Shown here: positions 1 through 6,917 of the stretch, piece after piece | Numbering within the stretch: the stretch's first letter is position 1 | Layout of the letters: each line of letters starts with the position of its first letter | Assembly: GCA_046598415.1 (NCBI GenBank) | Contig: JBKJIG010000031.1 | Coordinates: 84,975-108,974, forward strand | Source: Gaiellales bacterium | Lineage (GTDB): Bacteria > Actinomycetota > Thermoleophilia > Gaiellales > F1-60-MAGs149 | Direction of reading: 5' to 3' | DNA length: 24,000 nucleotides | Notes under the pieces: generated by a model | Told to the model about the DNA's origin: nothing | Seen by the model: the letters and a program-made list of their open reading frames with translations, nothing else | The model's database searches: none | Program-made: the position numbers and the translations under genes

Positions 1-1
1 C

Positions 2-910
2 TGCCTGATCGGCGCGCGAGACGAGCCGCCGGCGCTCAATGCCGGCCGCGGCGGCGACCGGATCCCGTGCTTCACCTTTCCCGAGAGCGCGGCGCGCGCG
101 CTGGGCCACGCCGCCCGGCTGGCGGCGCATCGCCGCCGGCCGCGCGGCGAGGTGGTGCGGTTCGCCGACATCGATGTGGCGGCGATCAACGCGCTCTGCG
201 AGTCGGCGCTGGCGGGCAGCGACGACGCGTGGCTCGGGCCGGCCGACGTCCGGGCCGTCCTCGCCGCCGCCGGCATCCGGCAGCCGAAGAGCACCGCGGC
301 CGCATCGGGCGCGGCAGCCGGCGCTGCATTCCGCGGGCTGCAGGTCCCGAGCTCGGTCGTCAAGGTCGTCGCGGAGGGTGTCCAGCACAAGACCGAGGTC
401 GACGGCATCCGGCGCGGCGTCACGTCGGCGCGCGCCGCCGTCCTGGCGTTCCGCGACATCCGCGCCGCGGCGATCCGGCACGGGCTCGCCGACCGGTTCA
501 CCGGGGTCGTCGTCGAAGAGGAGGTCGAAGCGGGCATCGAGTGCCTGATCGGCGTCACCGTCGACTCCGTGTTCGGCCCGCTCGTCGCGTTCGGCACCGG
601 TGGCATCGAGACCGAGCTGGCGGCCGACGTCGCCTTCCGGATCACGCCCGTCACCGACACCGACGCCGACGAGCTGCTCGCGGCGCCGCGCGTGCGGCGG
701 CGGCTGGACGGGTTCCGCGGGCGGCCCGGCGGCGACCTCGTCGCCGTCCGCGACGTGCTGCTGCGGATCGCGTACGTGGCGGACGAGGTGCCGCTGCTCG
801 CGGAGCTCGACATCAACCCGCTGATCGCGCTCGAGCCGGGCACGTCCGCGGTGGCCGTCGACGCCCGCATCCGGGTGTCGCGGGCGGCGGCCGGCGGCCC
901 GACCCGCTAG
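2..910 (+). CDS. Acetate--CoA ligase family protein (ADP/NDP-forming acyl-CoA synthetase), C-terminal part with ATP-grasp domain. The 5' end lies outside the window.
   Basis: The frame of the listed 152..910 ORF stays open back to base 2 (CLIGARDEPPALNAGRGGDRIPCFTFPESAARALGHAARLAA...). The downstream sequence VVKVVAEGVQHKTEVDGI...ECLIGVTVDSVFGPLVAFGTGGIETE...INPLIA is typical of the ATP-grasp_5 beta region of ADP-forming acetyl-CoA synthetases. TAG stop at 908-910. Confidence 0.75.
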   Translation, partial: CLIGARDEPPALNAGRGGDRIPCFTFPESAARALGHAARLAAHRRRPRGEVVRFADIDVAAINALCESALAGSDDAWLGPADVRAVLAAAGIRQPKSTAAASGAAAGAAFRGLQVPSSVVKVVAEGVQHKTEVDGIRRGVTSARAAVLAFRDIRAAAIRHGLADRFTGVVVEEEVEAGIECLIGVTVDSVFGPLVAFGTGGIETELAADVAFRITPVTDTDADELLAAPRVRRRLDGFRGRPGGDLVAVRDVLLRIAYVADEVPLLAELDINPLIALEPGTSAVAVDARIRVSRAAAGGPTR

Positions 911-913
911 GCG

Positions 914-1501
914 ATGGCGCCCTACCTGCTCCTCGCCGGCGTGGTGTTCGGCGTCAACCTGCTCCCGGCCTTCGGGCCGCCGACGTGGGCGATCCTGGCG
1001 TGGTTCGAGATCGCCCGCGACCTCGATCCGGTCGCGCTGGTGGTGATCGGCGCCGTGGCGGCGACGCTGGGGCGCGTGGTGCTCGCGCTCGGGGCGGGCA
1101 CCTTCTGCGACCGGCTCTCCGCCCGGCGGCGCCAGGGCCTCGACGCGGCGCGGACGGTGCTCTCGGGCTCGCGTGGCCGGGCGGCCGCGGGGCTCGGCCT
1201 GTTCCTGCTGTCGCCGCTGCCGTCCGCGCAACTGTTCGTCGCGGCCGGGCTGATCGCCGCGCCACTGCGACCACTCGCGGCGGCCTTCTTCGCCGGGCGG
1301 CTGGTCAGCTACTCCATCTACGTCGGGCTCGGCAAGGCCGCCGACGCCCGGTTCGGCGACGTGCTCGAAGGCGCGATCCGCTCGCCGCTCGGCATTGCCC
1401 TGCAGGTCGCGATGCTGGCCGCGCTGGTCGTGCGCGTGCGGGTCGACTGGGTGAAGATCGTCACCGGGCGGTCGGTGCCCGGTCCGCCGGTGGCCGGCTG
1501 A
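914..1501 (+). CDS. Integral membrane protein, possibly DedA/VTT-like (family uncertain)
   Basis: ATG lies 3 nt after the upstream stop. The 195-aa product has several hydrophobic helices (LLLAGVVFGVNLLPAFGPPTWAIL..., GLGLFLLSPLPSAQLFVAAGLIAAP...). Codon usage is consistent with neighbouring genes. Confidence 0.65.
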   Translation: MAPYLLLAGVVFGVNLLPAFGPPTWAILAWFEIARDLDPVALVVIGAVAATLGRVVLALGAGTFCDRLSARRRQGLDAARTVLSGSRGRAAAGLGLFLLSPLPSAQLFVAAGLIAAPLRPLAAAFFAGRLVSYSIYVGLGKAADARFGDVLEGAIRSPLGIALQVAMLAALVVRVRVDWVKIVTGRSVPGPPVAG

Positions 1502-1677
1502 CGCGCCGCAGCGCCGCACGCCCGATCCCGATCAGCACCGCGGCCGGTACGACCACGAACGCCGCGAGCAGCACGGCGCCCATCGTACGGCGGGTGCGGC
1601 CGCCGCCGGATCCCGCAGATGCGCCGGCACCGCGGCTACCAGGAGCTCGCCGCCATCGGTCTCGGCCCGACCTGGCG

Positions 1678-1692
1678 TTCGGGTTGCCCGCA
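1678..1692. promoter_or_regulatory. Palindromic operator-like site TTCGGGTTGCCCGCA (13/15 match to TGCGGGTTTCCCGCA)
   Basis: Intergenic. Its centre is 65 nt upstream of the USP ATG at 1750. Confidence 0.5.
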
Positions 1693-1749
1693 CTGACGTT
1701 CCGTGCCGACCCCGACGGCGGCACCCGCCGCCGTCGTCAACATCGGGTC

Positions 1750-2271
1750 ATGGAACCAGGCACCCCCACTCCGTCCGACGTCGCCGAGCCCGCGCCGACC
1801 TGCACGATCGTCGTCGGAGTCGACGGCTCGTCCGGCGCCGAGGCAGCGCTCCGGTACGCCATCGACGAGGCTCGCCGCCACGACGCGCCCCTCCGGATCG
1901 TCGGCGCCTGGTCGATCCCGTCGGCCGCCTACATGGGCGTACCGCTGCCGACGGAGTTCATCGACGATTCCGAGCGGGCGGCGCGCACGTCGATCGACCG
2001 GTCGCTCGAGGCCGTCGGCCGTCCCGGCGACGTGCCGGTCGAGATCGTCGTCGCGCAGGGGCAGCCCGCGGCGGTGCTCGTCGCCCAGGCGCGCCCGGCG
2101 GACGTTCTGGTCGTCGGATCGCGCGGGCTCGGCGGCTTCCGCGAGCTGCTGCTCGGGTCGGTCAGCCAGGCCTGCGTCCACCACGCACCTTGCCCGGTGA
2201 TCGTCGTGCCGGATCCCACGCGACAGACGGGCAAGCACGAGACGCGCGTGCCGGCGGAGACGTCGGCATGA
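1750..2271 (+). CDS. Universal stress protein (UspA family)
   Basis: Internal ATG (MEPGTPTPSD...) of the long 67..2271 ORF. Hallmarks are IVVGVDGSSGAEAALRYA and VVGSRGLGGFRELLLGSVSQACVHHAPCPVIVVP (the G-x2-G-x9-G-S/T ATP motif). Everything upstream in that ORF is Arg/Gly/Pro-rich shadow sequence. Confidence 0.9.
   Translation: MEPGTPTPSDVAEPAPTCTIVVGVDGSSGAEAALRYAIDEARRHDAPLRIVGAWSIPSAAYMGVPLPTEFIDDSERAARTSIDRSLEAVGRPGDVPVEIVVAQGQPAAVLVAQARPADVLVVGSRGLGGFRELLLGSVSQACVHHAPCPVIVVPDPTRQTGKHETRVPAETSA
2131..2177. repeat. Left arm of a 47-bp perfect inverted repeat (partner 2568..2614)
   Basis: GGCGGCTTCCGCGAGCTGCTGCTCGGGTCGGTCAGCCAGGCCTGCGT is the exact reverse complement of 2568..2614. Both arms encode GGFRELLLGSVSQACV in the convergent USP paralogs. 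Confidence 0.9.
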
Positions 2272-2492
2272 CCGCCGGCGGCGAGGCCGAGCGCGTCACC
2301 AACTGGGCGGCCGGCGACGCGATCGTCGTCGAGGCGCGGCACGTCGGCGACGTGGCGCGCGCCGGCGAGATCCTGCAGGTCCTCGGCGATGCCGCCCGGC
2401 CGCACTTCGCCGTGCGCTGGGACGACGGTCACGAGACCATCTACTACCCGTCCAGCGACGCCTCCGTCCACCATCCACACCGGTCGACGTAA
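2268..2492 (+). CDS. DUF1918 domain protein
   Basis: MTAGGEAERV...GDAIVVEARHVGDVARAGEILQVLGDAARPHFAVRWDDGHETIYYPSSDA matches my memory of the small DUF1918 fold (VRW-DGHE motif). Its ATG overlaps the USP stop as ATGA (2268-2271), indicating translational coupling. Confidence 0.8.
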   Translation: MTAGGEAERVTNWAAGDAIVVEARHVGDVARAGEILQVLGDAARPHFAVRWDDGHETIYYPSSDASVHHPHRST

Positions 2493-2506
2493 ACGGTGAT
2501 CACCGT
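2493..2506. terminator. 14-bp perfect palindrome ACGGTGATCACCGT that fills the whole spacer between convergent stop codons
   Basis: Lies between the DUF1918 TAA (2490-2492) and the USP TAG (complement of 2507-2509). Could fold as a 5-bp stem with a GATC loop on either strand. Confidence 0.3.
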
Positions 2507-2992
2507 CTACGGGGCGATCGGCACGCGGTCGTGCGGGACGACGACGACCGGGCAGGTCGCGTGGTGCACGCAGGCCTGGCTGACCGACCCGAGCAGCAGC
2601 TCGCGGAAGCCGCCAACCCCTCGCGAGCCCACCACCAGCACGGCCGCCCCGGTCGCCTCGGCGAGCAGGACGGTGTCCGGCGACCCTCGCCGCACGACGA
2701 TCTCGTACGGCAGGTCGCGCGGATAGCCGACGGTCAGCAGCGCATTGTCCGCCACCTCGCGCGCGGCGATCTCGCAGTTCTCGGGAAAGTTGGGCGGCAG
2801 CGGCGCGCCGGCATAGACGGCGATCGGGACCAGCCACGCGACAACGATCCGCAGCGGCGCGCCGCGCCGCCGTGCCTCGTCGATCGCGTAGCGGAGGGCC
2901 GTTTGCGCTCCCGGCGAGCCATCGACGCCCACTACCACGGGACGGTCCGCGGTGTCGGGGACGGGGGATGCGGTCACGGGATGGTGTTCCAT
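2507..2992 (-). CDS. Universal stress protein (UspA family), paralog of 1750..2271
   Basis: Starts MEHHPVTASP... at 2992 inside the 2507..3463 ORF. Contains VVVGVDGSPGAQTALRYAIDEARRRGAPLRIV and VVGSRGVGGFRELLLGSVSQACVHHATCPVVVVP. Confidence 0.9.
   Translation of the reverse strand: MEHHPVTASPVPDTADRPVVVGVDGSPGAQTALRYAIDEARRRGAPLRIVVAWLVPIAVYAGAPLPPNFPENCEIAAREVADNALLTVGYPRDLPYEIVVRRGSPDTVLLAEATGAAVLVVGSRGVGGFRELLLGSVSQACVHHATCPVVVVPHDRVPIAP
2568..2614. repeat. Right arm of a 47-bp perfect inverted repeat (partner 2131..2177)
   Basis: See the left arm. Confidence 0.9.
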
Positions 2993-3048
2993 GTCCGCAT
3001 GCTGGCCGCTGCGCCCGGCCGGGCCGTCGGCGCAATCGCCTAGGCGGG

Positions 3049-3063
3049 CGGCGGAAACCCGCA
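3049..3063. promoter_or_regulatory. Degenerate operator-like site CGGCGGAAACCCGCA (right half perfect, left half weak)
   Basis: Intergenic. Its centre is 64 nt upstream of the USP start at 2992 and 22 nt past the stop of the tandem USP. Confidence 0.4.
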
Positions 3064-3084
3064 CGGCGGCGATGCCCATCGCAG

Positions 3085-3858
3085 TCAGCGGTAGACGAGC
3101 ACGGAGCACGCCGCGGTGTGCGCGATGCGCTCCGAGACGCTCCCCAGCGACCGGACGCCGTGGAGGCCACGACTGCCCACCACGAGCAGGTCGGCGTCGG
3201 CCGAGGCGGCCGCGAGTGCGTCGACGGAGCCGGCCTGGTCGATCGAGAGCGTGTCGGGGCCGCTCAGCGCGCGGACGGCGTCCACGTCGATGCGCTTGCC
3301 GCCCATCGCCGCCACGACGTGCAACCGGCCACCGTGGTGCCGGCAGATGTACCGCGCGGCGGCGAGCGCCTGTGCGGACGCGGGCGAGCCGTCGATTCCG
3401 ACGACCACGAGCCCGGTCACGGTCGGCGGCCGGCCGGTCGCGCGCCCGGCCAGCACCGAGCAAGGCGCGGCGTGGAGCAGCTCCGTGGCCAGGTCGCCGG
3501 TGAAGAAGCCCTCGGCGCGACTCGAGCGCCGCATGCCGACGCTGATCAGGTCGGCTGCCTCGCGCTGGACGACCTCCCCGAGGACGGACGGTGCGAACCC
3601 GTGCAGGATCTGCGTCTCGACCGCCCCTCCGGCAGACGCACCCGGCGGCAGCACGGCCGCCGCCGCCGCCAGCGCCGCCGCCGCGGTGGCGTCCGACAGC
3701 TTCCGCGACGACTCGGCCGACAGGTCGACGGGATGGGCCGCGTCGGCCACAGTCACGGCCAGGATCCGTGCCTGCGGGTCGGCGATGAGCGCGGCCTGGC
3801 GGGCCGCGTCGAGCGCGAGCTCCGAGCCGTCGATCGTGACGATGATCGTTCGGAACAT
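3085..3858 (-). CDS. Tandem-domain universal stress protein
   Basis: 257 aa with two USP-like halves: MFRTIIVTIDGSELALDA... and LVVVGIDGSPASAQAL...LLVVGSRGLHGVRSLGSVSERIAHTAACSVLVY. Its start lies 4 nt downstream of the upstream USP stop, so the two form an operon. Confidence 0.9.
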   Translation of the reverse strand: MFRTIIVTIDGSELALDAARQAALIADPQARILAVTVADAAHPVDLSAESSRKLSDATAAAALAAAAAVLPPGASAGGAVETQILHGFAPSVLGEVVQREAADLISVGMRRSSRAEGFFTGDLATELLHAAPCSVLAGRATGRPPTVTGLVVVGIDGSPASAQALAAARYICRHHGGRLHVVAAMGGKRIDVDAVRALSGPDTLSIDQAGSVDALAAASADADLLVVGSRGLHGVRSLGSVSERIAHTAACSVLVYR

Positions 3859-3862
3859 CTGG

Positions 3863-4309
3863 CTACCCGCCGGACGCGACGGTCGAGCCCGAGCCCTCGA
3901 CGGATGCCGCAGCGGGATCGGCCGTCGCGGTGACGACCAGGACCGGCCGCGTGCTGTGCCGGATCAACCCGTGCGCGACGCTGCCGAGCACGGCGCTCGT
4001 CAACCGGCCGCGGCCCCGCGACCCGACGACGATCAGGTCGGCGTCGCAGGCGTCGGCCGCGGCGAGGAGCTGCTCCACGGCGGGCCCGATGCGTGTCACG
4101 ACCTCCGCCGTGATGCCGCGCTCGCGCGCTCGGCCGGCGGCGGACTCCGCCGCTGCCGTCGGGGCCGGATCGATGCCGTCCTTCGAGAACGAGTCGTCGA
4201 CGCCCACGCAGACGACACCTGCGCCGGTGTCGGCGGCGAGCTCGAGCGCCGCTGCAAGCGCTGCGGACGCCGGGTCGGATCCGTCCGTCCCGATCACGAT
4301 CGTCTTCAT
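3863..4309 (-). CDS. Universal stress protein (UspA family)
   Basis: MKTIVIGTDGSDPASAALAAALELA...LIVVGSRGRGRLTSAVLGSVAHGLIRHSTRPVLVV. A GAGGAG Shine-Dalgarno lies about 7 nt upstream of the ATG. Confidence 0.9.
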   Translation of the reverse strand: MKTIVIGTDGSDPASAALAAALELAADTGAGVVCVGVDDSFSKDGIDPAPTAAAESAAGRARERGITAEVVTRIGPAVEQLLAAADACDADLIVVGSRGRGRLTSAVLGSVAHGLIRHSTRPVLVVTATADPAAASVEGSGSTVASGG

Positions 4310-4384
4310 AGCAAGCTCCTCTCGCTTTTGGAGAGCCTAGGCCGCGAACGGCAGCCCGCACATCGGCGTACCCTAACGCCCGAC

Positions 4385-4399
4385 CGCGGGAAACCCGCA
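4385..4399. promoter_or_regulatory. Palindromic operator-like site CGCGGGAAACCCGCA
   Basis: Lies in a divergent intergenic region. Its centre is 83 nt upstream of the USP start at 4309 and about 190 nt upstream of the REC gene. The 18-mer CCGCGGGAAACCCGCAGC is identical to the reverse complement of the site at 6805-6822. Confidence 0.65.
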
Positions 4400-4583
4400 G
4401 CCGACGTGCCCGAGACCCCGATTCCCGGTCGGTTCCCCGCTCGCAGACTACGTGCATGGAGCCTCGCCGACCCATCTGCGCGATCGTCGCATGAGGACCG
4501 CGCGCCGTCACCCGGCCGCCGGCGACCCGACGACAGGCGGGCTGTTCGAGCCACGCGCTGATGGCGGTTCTCCGAGTCGGATC

Positions 4584-4982
4584 ATGAACGCCGCCGCGAG
4601 AGCTCCTGACTCGGGCGCGACCCGCGTGTTGCTCGCCATCGCCCACGGCCGCACACGGGCCGCCCTGCGGACTGCACTCGAGTGCAGCGGAGAGATCGAG
4701 GTCGCGGCCCTGGTGTCGAGCTCGGTGCATCTCGCGAGGATGGCGGCCATCGAGCACGTCGACGTCGTCGTGTTCGATCTCCGCCTCGCCCCGCCCGGCA
4801 CCTCGCCATCGCTCGCCACCCTCGTCGCGAGCCTCGGCGGGACCCCCCTGGTCGCGGTCGGCCTGGATGGAGATCCGGCCTTCGCGCGGGCGGCAGTACG
4901 AGCCGGAGCGTCCGCGCACATGCTCACCGACGAGACGCCGGAGCGCTTCCTAGACGTCGTCCGCGACGTCCGCCGGCGCTGA
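4584..4982 (+). CDS. Stand-alone NarL/DosR-like receiver (REC) domain protein with a degenerate phospho-pocket and no DNA-binding output domain. Start codon uncertain (4452 and 4491 are alternatives).
   Basis: TRVLLAIAHGRTRAALRTAL...VDVVVFDLRLAPP...LVAVGLDGDP...AGASAHMLTD follows the REC fold pattern. Compared with my recollection of DosR (VFLVDDHEVV / VAVLDVRLP / LILTSY / AGASGYVVKD), the DD pair becomes IA, Thr becomes Gly and Lys becomes Thr; only the phospho-acceptor Asp is kept. The TGA stop at 4980-4982 lies inside the convergent kinase gene. Confidence 0.55.
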   Translation: MNAAARAPDSGATRVLLAIAHGRTRAALRTALECSGEIEVAALVSSSVHLARMAAIEHVDVVVFDLRLAPPGTSPSLATLVASLGGTPLVAVGLDGDPAFARAAVRAGASAHMLTDETPERFLDVVRDVRRR

Positions 4983-6731
4983 GACCGGATCCGCCGCATT
5001 CTCCTGCTCGACACCCAGCCGCCGAGTGGCCGGCAGGGTGAACACGAGCTCCGTGCCGTCGGCCGACGACTCCACCGCCAGGCTGCCGCCCGCGAACGCG
5101 ACGCGCTCGCGCATGCCGATCAGGCCGAAGCCGGCGTGCGTCTCGACCGGGTCGAAGCCCGTTCCGTCGTCCCGGATGGCGATGGTCAGCAGGTCGTCGT
5201 GCTCCGCCATGTCGATCTGGATGCGTGCCGCTTCGGCGTGCCGGACGGCGTTCGTCAGGGCCTCCTGCACCAGCCGGTAGACCGCGAGCTCGGTCGCGGG
5301 CTCGAGCCGCTCGGTCGAGCGCCCGGCCTCGAACGCCAGGTCGGCGTTGACGGAGATGTCGACGGTGGCCCGCCCCTTCGCCCGTTCTGCGAGCGCCTCC
5401 ACCGCCGGCACCACGCCGAGGGCGTCGAGGGCGGCGGGACGCAGGTCGTTGATGATCGCGCGCAGGTCGCGGATGGTGGAGTCGATCTGCGTGACGGCGT
5501 CGTCGAGCATCGCCGAGACGGCCAGCGGGTCGGTCACCCGCCGCGCGCTCGCCAGGCCGATCTTGAGCGCGGCGAGCTCCTGGAGGGTGTCGTCGTGCAG
5601 CTCCCGCGCCCAGCGCCCCCGCTCGGCCTCCGCCGCCTCGATGCTCCGCCGCAGACCCAGCTGGACGACGTTCTGCGCGGTCGCCACGGCCGTCGCGGCG
5701 CTCGCGGCGAAGGCATCCATGAGCCGTTCGTCCTCGGCCGAGAACCCCGGACCGGCGCTGAGTCGGTCGAACGCCCCGAGCACGCCCAGGGCGCGGCCGT
5801 GGAACAGCAGCGGGACGAGCAGTCCCGTCGTCGCCCCGAGACGTTCGGCGAGACCGAATCGCAGCCGCGTCTTGACGTCCGAGAGCCGTTCGGCGCTTCG
5901 CGTGCGCAGTACCGATCCCGTCGCCGACCCCTCGATCGGCACGCGCTGGCCGACCATCTCCGGGTCGACCGCGCCGGCCACCGCCGTCACGACGAGCTCG
6001 TCGCCGTCCTGCAGCAGCAGCACCATGCTCTCTGCCTCGACCAGCGCCCGGCCGCGTTTGACGATCAGCTCGAGCACCCGTTCGAGCCGCGTCTCGCCGC
6101 CGATGGCGCGGGCGATGTCGGTGGTCGTCTCGAGCGCCCGGACGGTTCGTTCGAGCGCGTCACGGCGCGTCTGCTCCGCCTGGTACAGCCGGGCGTTGTC
6201 GATCGCCCTCGCAGCCCACGCCGCGAGCACGACGATCGCCGTCTCGTCCTGCTCGTCGAACTCGCCGGTCTCCTTCTCGGTCAGGTAGAGGTTGCCCCAC
6301 GCCCGGCCCCGGACGATCACGGGGACGCCGAGGAACGTCGACATCGGCGGATGGCCGAGGGGGAAGCCGTACGACCGGGGATGCGCGCCGACGTCTGCCA
6401 GCCGCAGGGGACGCGGCTCGTCGATCAGGTAGCCGAGGATGCCGCGACCGCGGGGCAACTCGCCGATCCGCAGCTGCATCTCGGCGTCGATGCCGCTGGT
6501 CACGAACCGCTCCAGCGACCGCCGGTCGGGTGCCATCACGCCCACTGCCGCGTACCGCGCGCCGGTGAGCTCGCGCGCGGCGGCGAGCACCTTGCCGAGG
6601 ACGACCTCGAGGTCGAGCTCGGAGACGACGGACTGCCCGATGTCGAGCAGCAGCCGCAGTCGCCGCCCGTCGAGTCCCTGCAAGGACGGTGCAGGGCTCG
6701 CGCCAGCCGGGACCTGATCGTCGAAAGCCAT
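4950..6731 (-). CDS. DosS/DevS/DosT-like sensor histidine kinase (GAF-GAF-HisKA_3-HATPase_c)
   Basis: Starts MAFDDQV at 6731. GAF-A carries YGFPLGHPPMSTFLGVPVIVRGRAWGNLYLTEKETGEFDEQDE...NARLYQ, closely matching the heme-pocket region of M. tuberculosis DevS as I recall it ([32 protein letters not shown]). The H-box is WARELHDDTLQEL and the ATPase region is RDDGTGFD...GFGLIGMRERV. Confidence 0.9.
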   Translation of the reverse strand: MAFDDQVPAGASPAPSLQGLDGRRLRLLLDIGQSVVSELDLEVVLGKVLAAARELTGARYAAVGVMAPDRRSLERFVTSGIDAEMQLRIGELPRGRGILGYLIDEPRPLRLADVGAHPRSYGFPLGHPPMSTFLGVPVIVRGRAWGNLYLTEKETGEFDEQDETAIVVLAAWAARAIDNARLYQAEQTRRDALERTVRALETTTDIARAIGGETRLERVLELIVKRGRALVEAESMVLLLQDGDELVVTAVAGAVDPEMVGQRVPIEGSATGSVLRTRSAERLSDVKTRLRFGLAERLGATTGLLVPLLFHGRALGVLGAFDRLSAGPGFSAEDERLMDAFAASAATAVATAQNVVQLGLRRSIEAAEAERGRWARELHDDTLQELAALKIGLASARRVTDPLAVSAMLDDAVTQIDSTIRDLRAIINDLRPAALDALGVVPAVEALAERAKGRATVDISVNADLAFEAGRSTERLEPATELAVYRLVQEALTNAVRHAEAARIQIDMAEHDDLLTIAIRDDGTGFDPVETHAGFGLIGMRERVAFAGGSLAVESSADGTELVFTLPATRRLGVEQENAADPVSAPADVADDV

Positions 6732-6806
6732 GCTGCAGCTGCGACGATACCCCACCGGACGGCGGCGCGCACCGGCAGCCGCGATCTCTATCCGGCGGCG
6801 GCCCGC

Positions 6807-6821
6807 TGCGGGTTTCCCGCG
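6807..6821. promoter_or_regulatory. Palindromic operator-like site TGCGGGTTTCCCGCG
   Basis: Lies in a divergent intergenic region. Its centre is 83 nt upstream of the sensor-kinase start (6731) and 104 nt upstream of the DUF4389 GTG (6918). Confidence 0.65.
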
Positions 6822-6917
6822 GCCGGGCACGCGCAGCCTCCGGATGCGCCCCCGCCCCGGAACGGCCACCATGGTGCCGATGCGGCGATGCCGCGTCAAC
6901 GTTGATGGGAGTGAGAC

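Noticed and set aside
1461-1583. Possible 40-aa single-TM micro-ORF on the minus strand (MGAVLLAAFVVVPAAVLIGIGRAAL...)
   Set aside because: It is hydrophobic and therefore tempting. However, it has no recognisable Shine-Dalgarno, overlaps the 3' end of gene 914..1501 by 40 nt, and cannot be supported without conservation or expression data. It is left unannotated.
67-1749. The N-terminal 560 codons of the 734-aa ORF 67..2271 (and the overlapping ORF 39..548)
   Set aside because: The composition is extremely Arg/Gly/Pro/Ala-rich with no domain-like pattern. It overlaps, in other frames, the well-supported acyl-CoA synthetase and membrane-protein genes. Only the USP part from ATG 1750 is credible, so this is a typical high-GC shadow ORF.
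3116-4561. 481-aa plus-strand ORF across the USP cluster (and 2872..3933, 3753..4919)
   Set aside because: It is antisense or off-frame to three well-supported USP genes and has low-complexity composition.
5136-6905. ORFs of 589 and 313 aa (5136..6905 and 5347..6288, plus strand) antisense to the sensor kinase
   Set aside because: They are low-complexity R/D/G/P-rich translations that lie entirely within the strongly supported DosS-like gene on the opposite strand.
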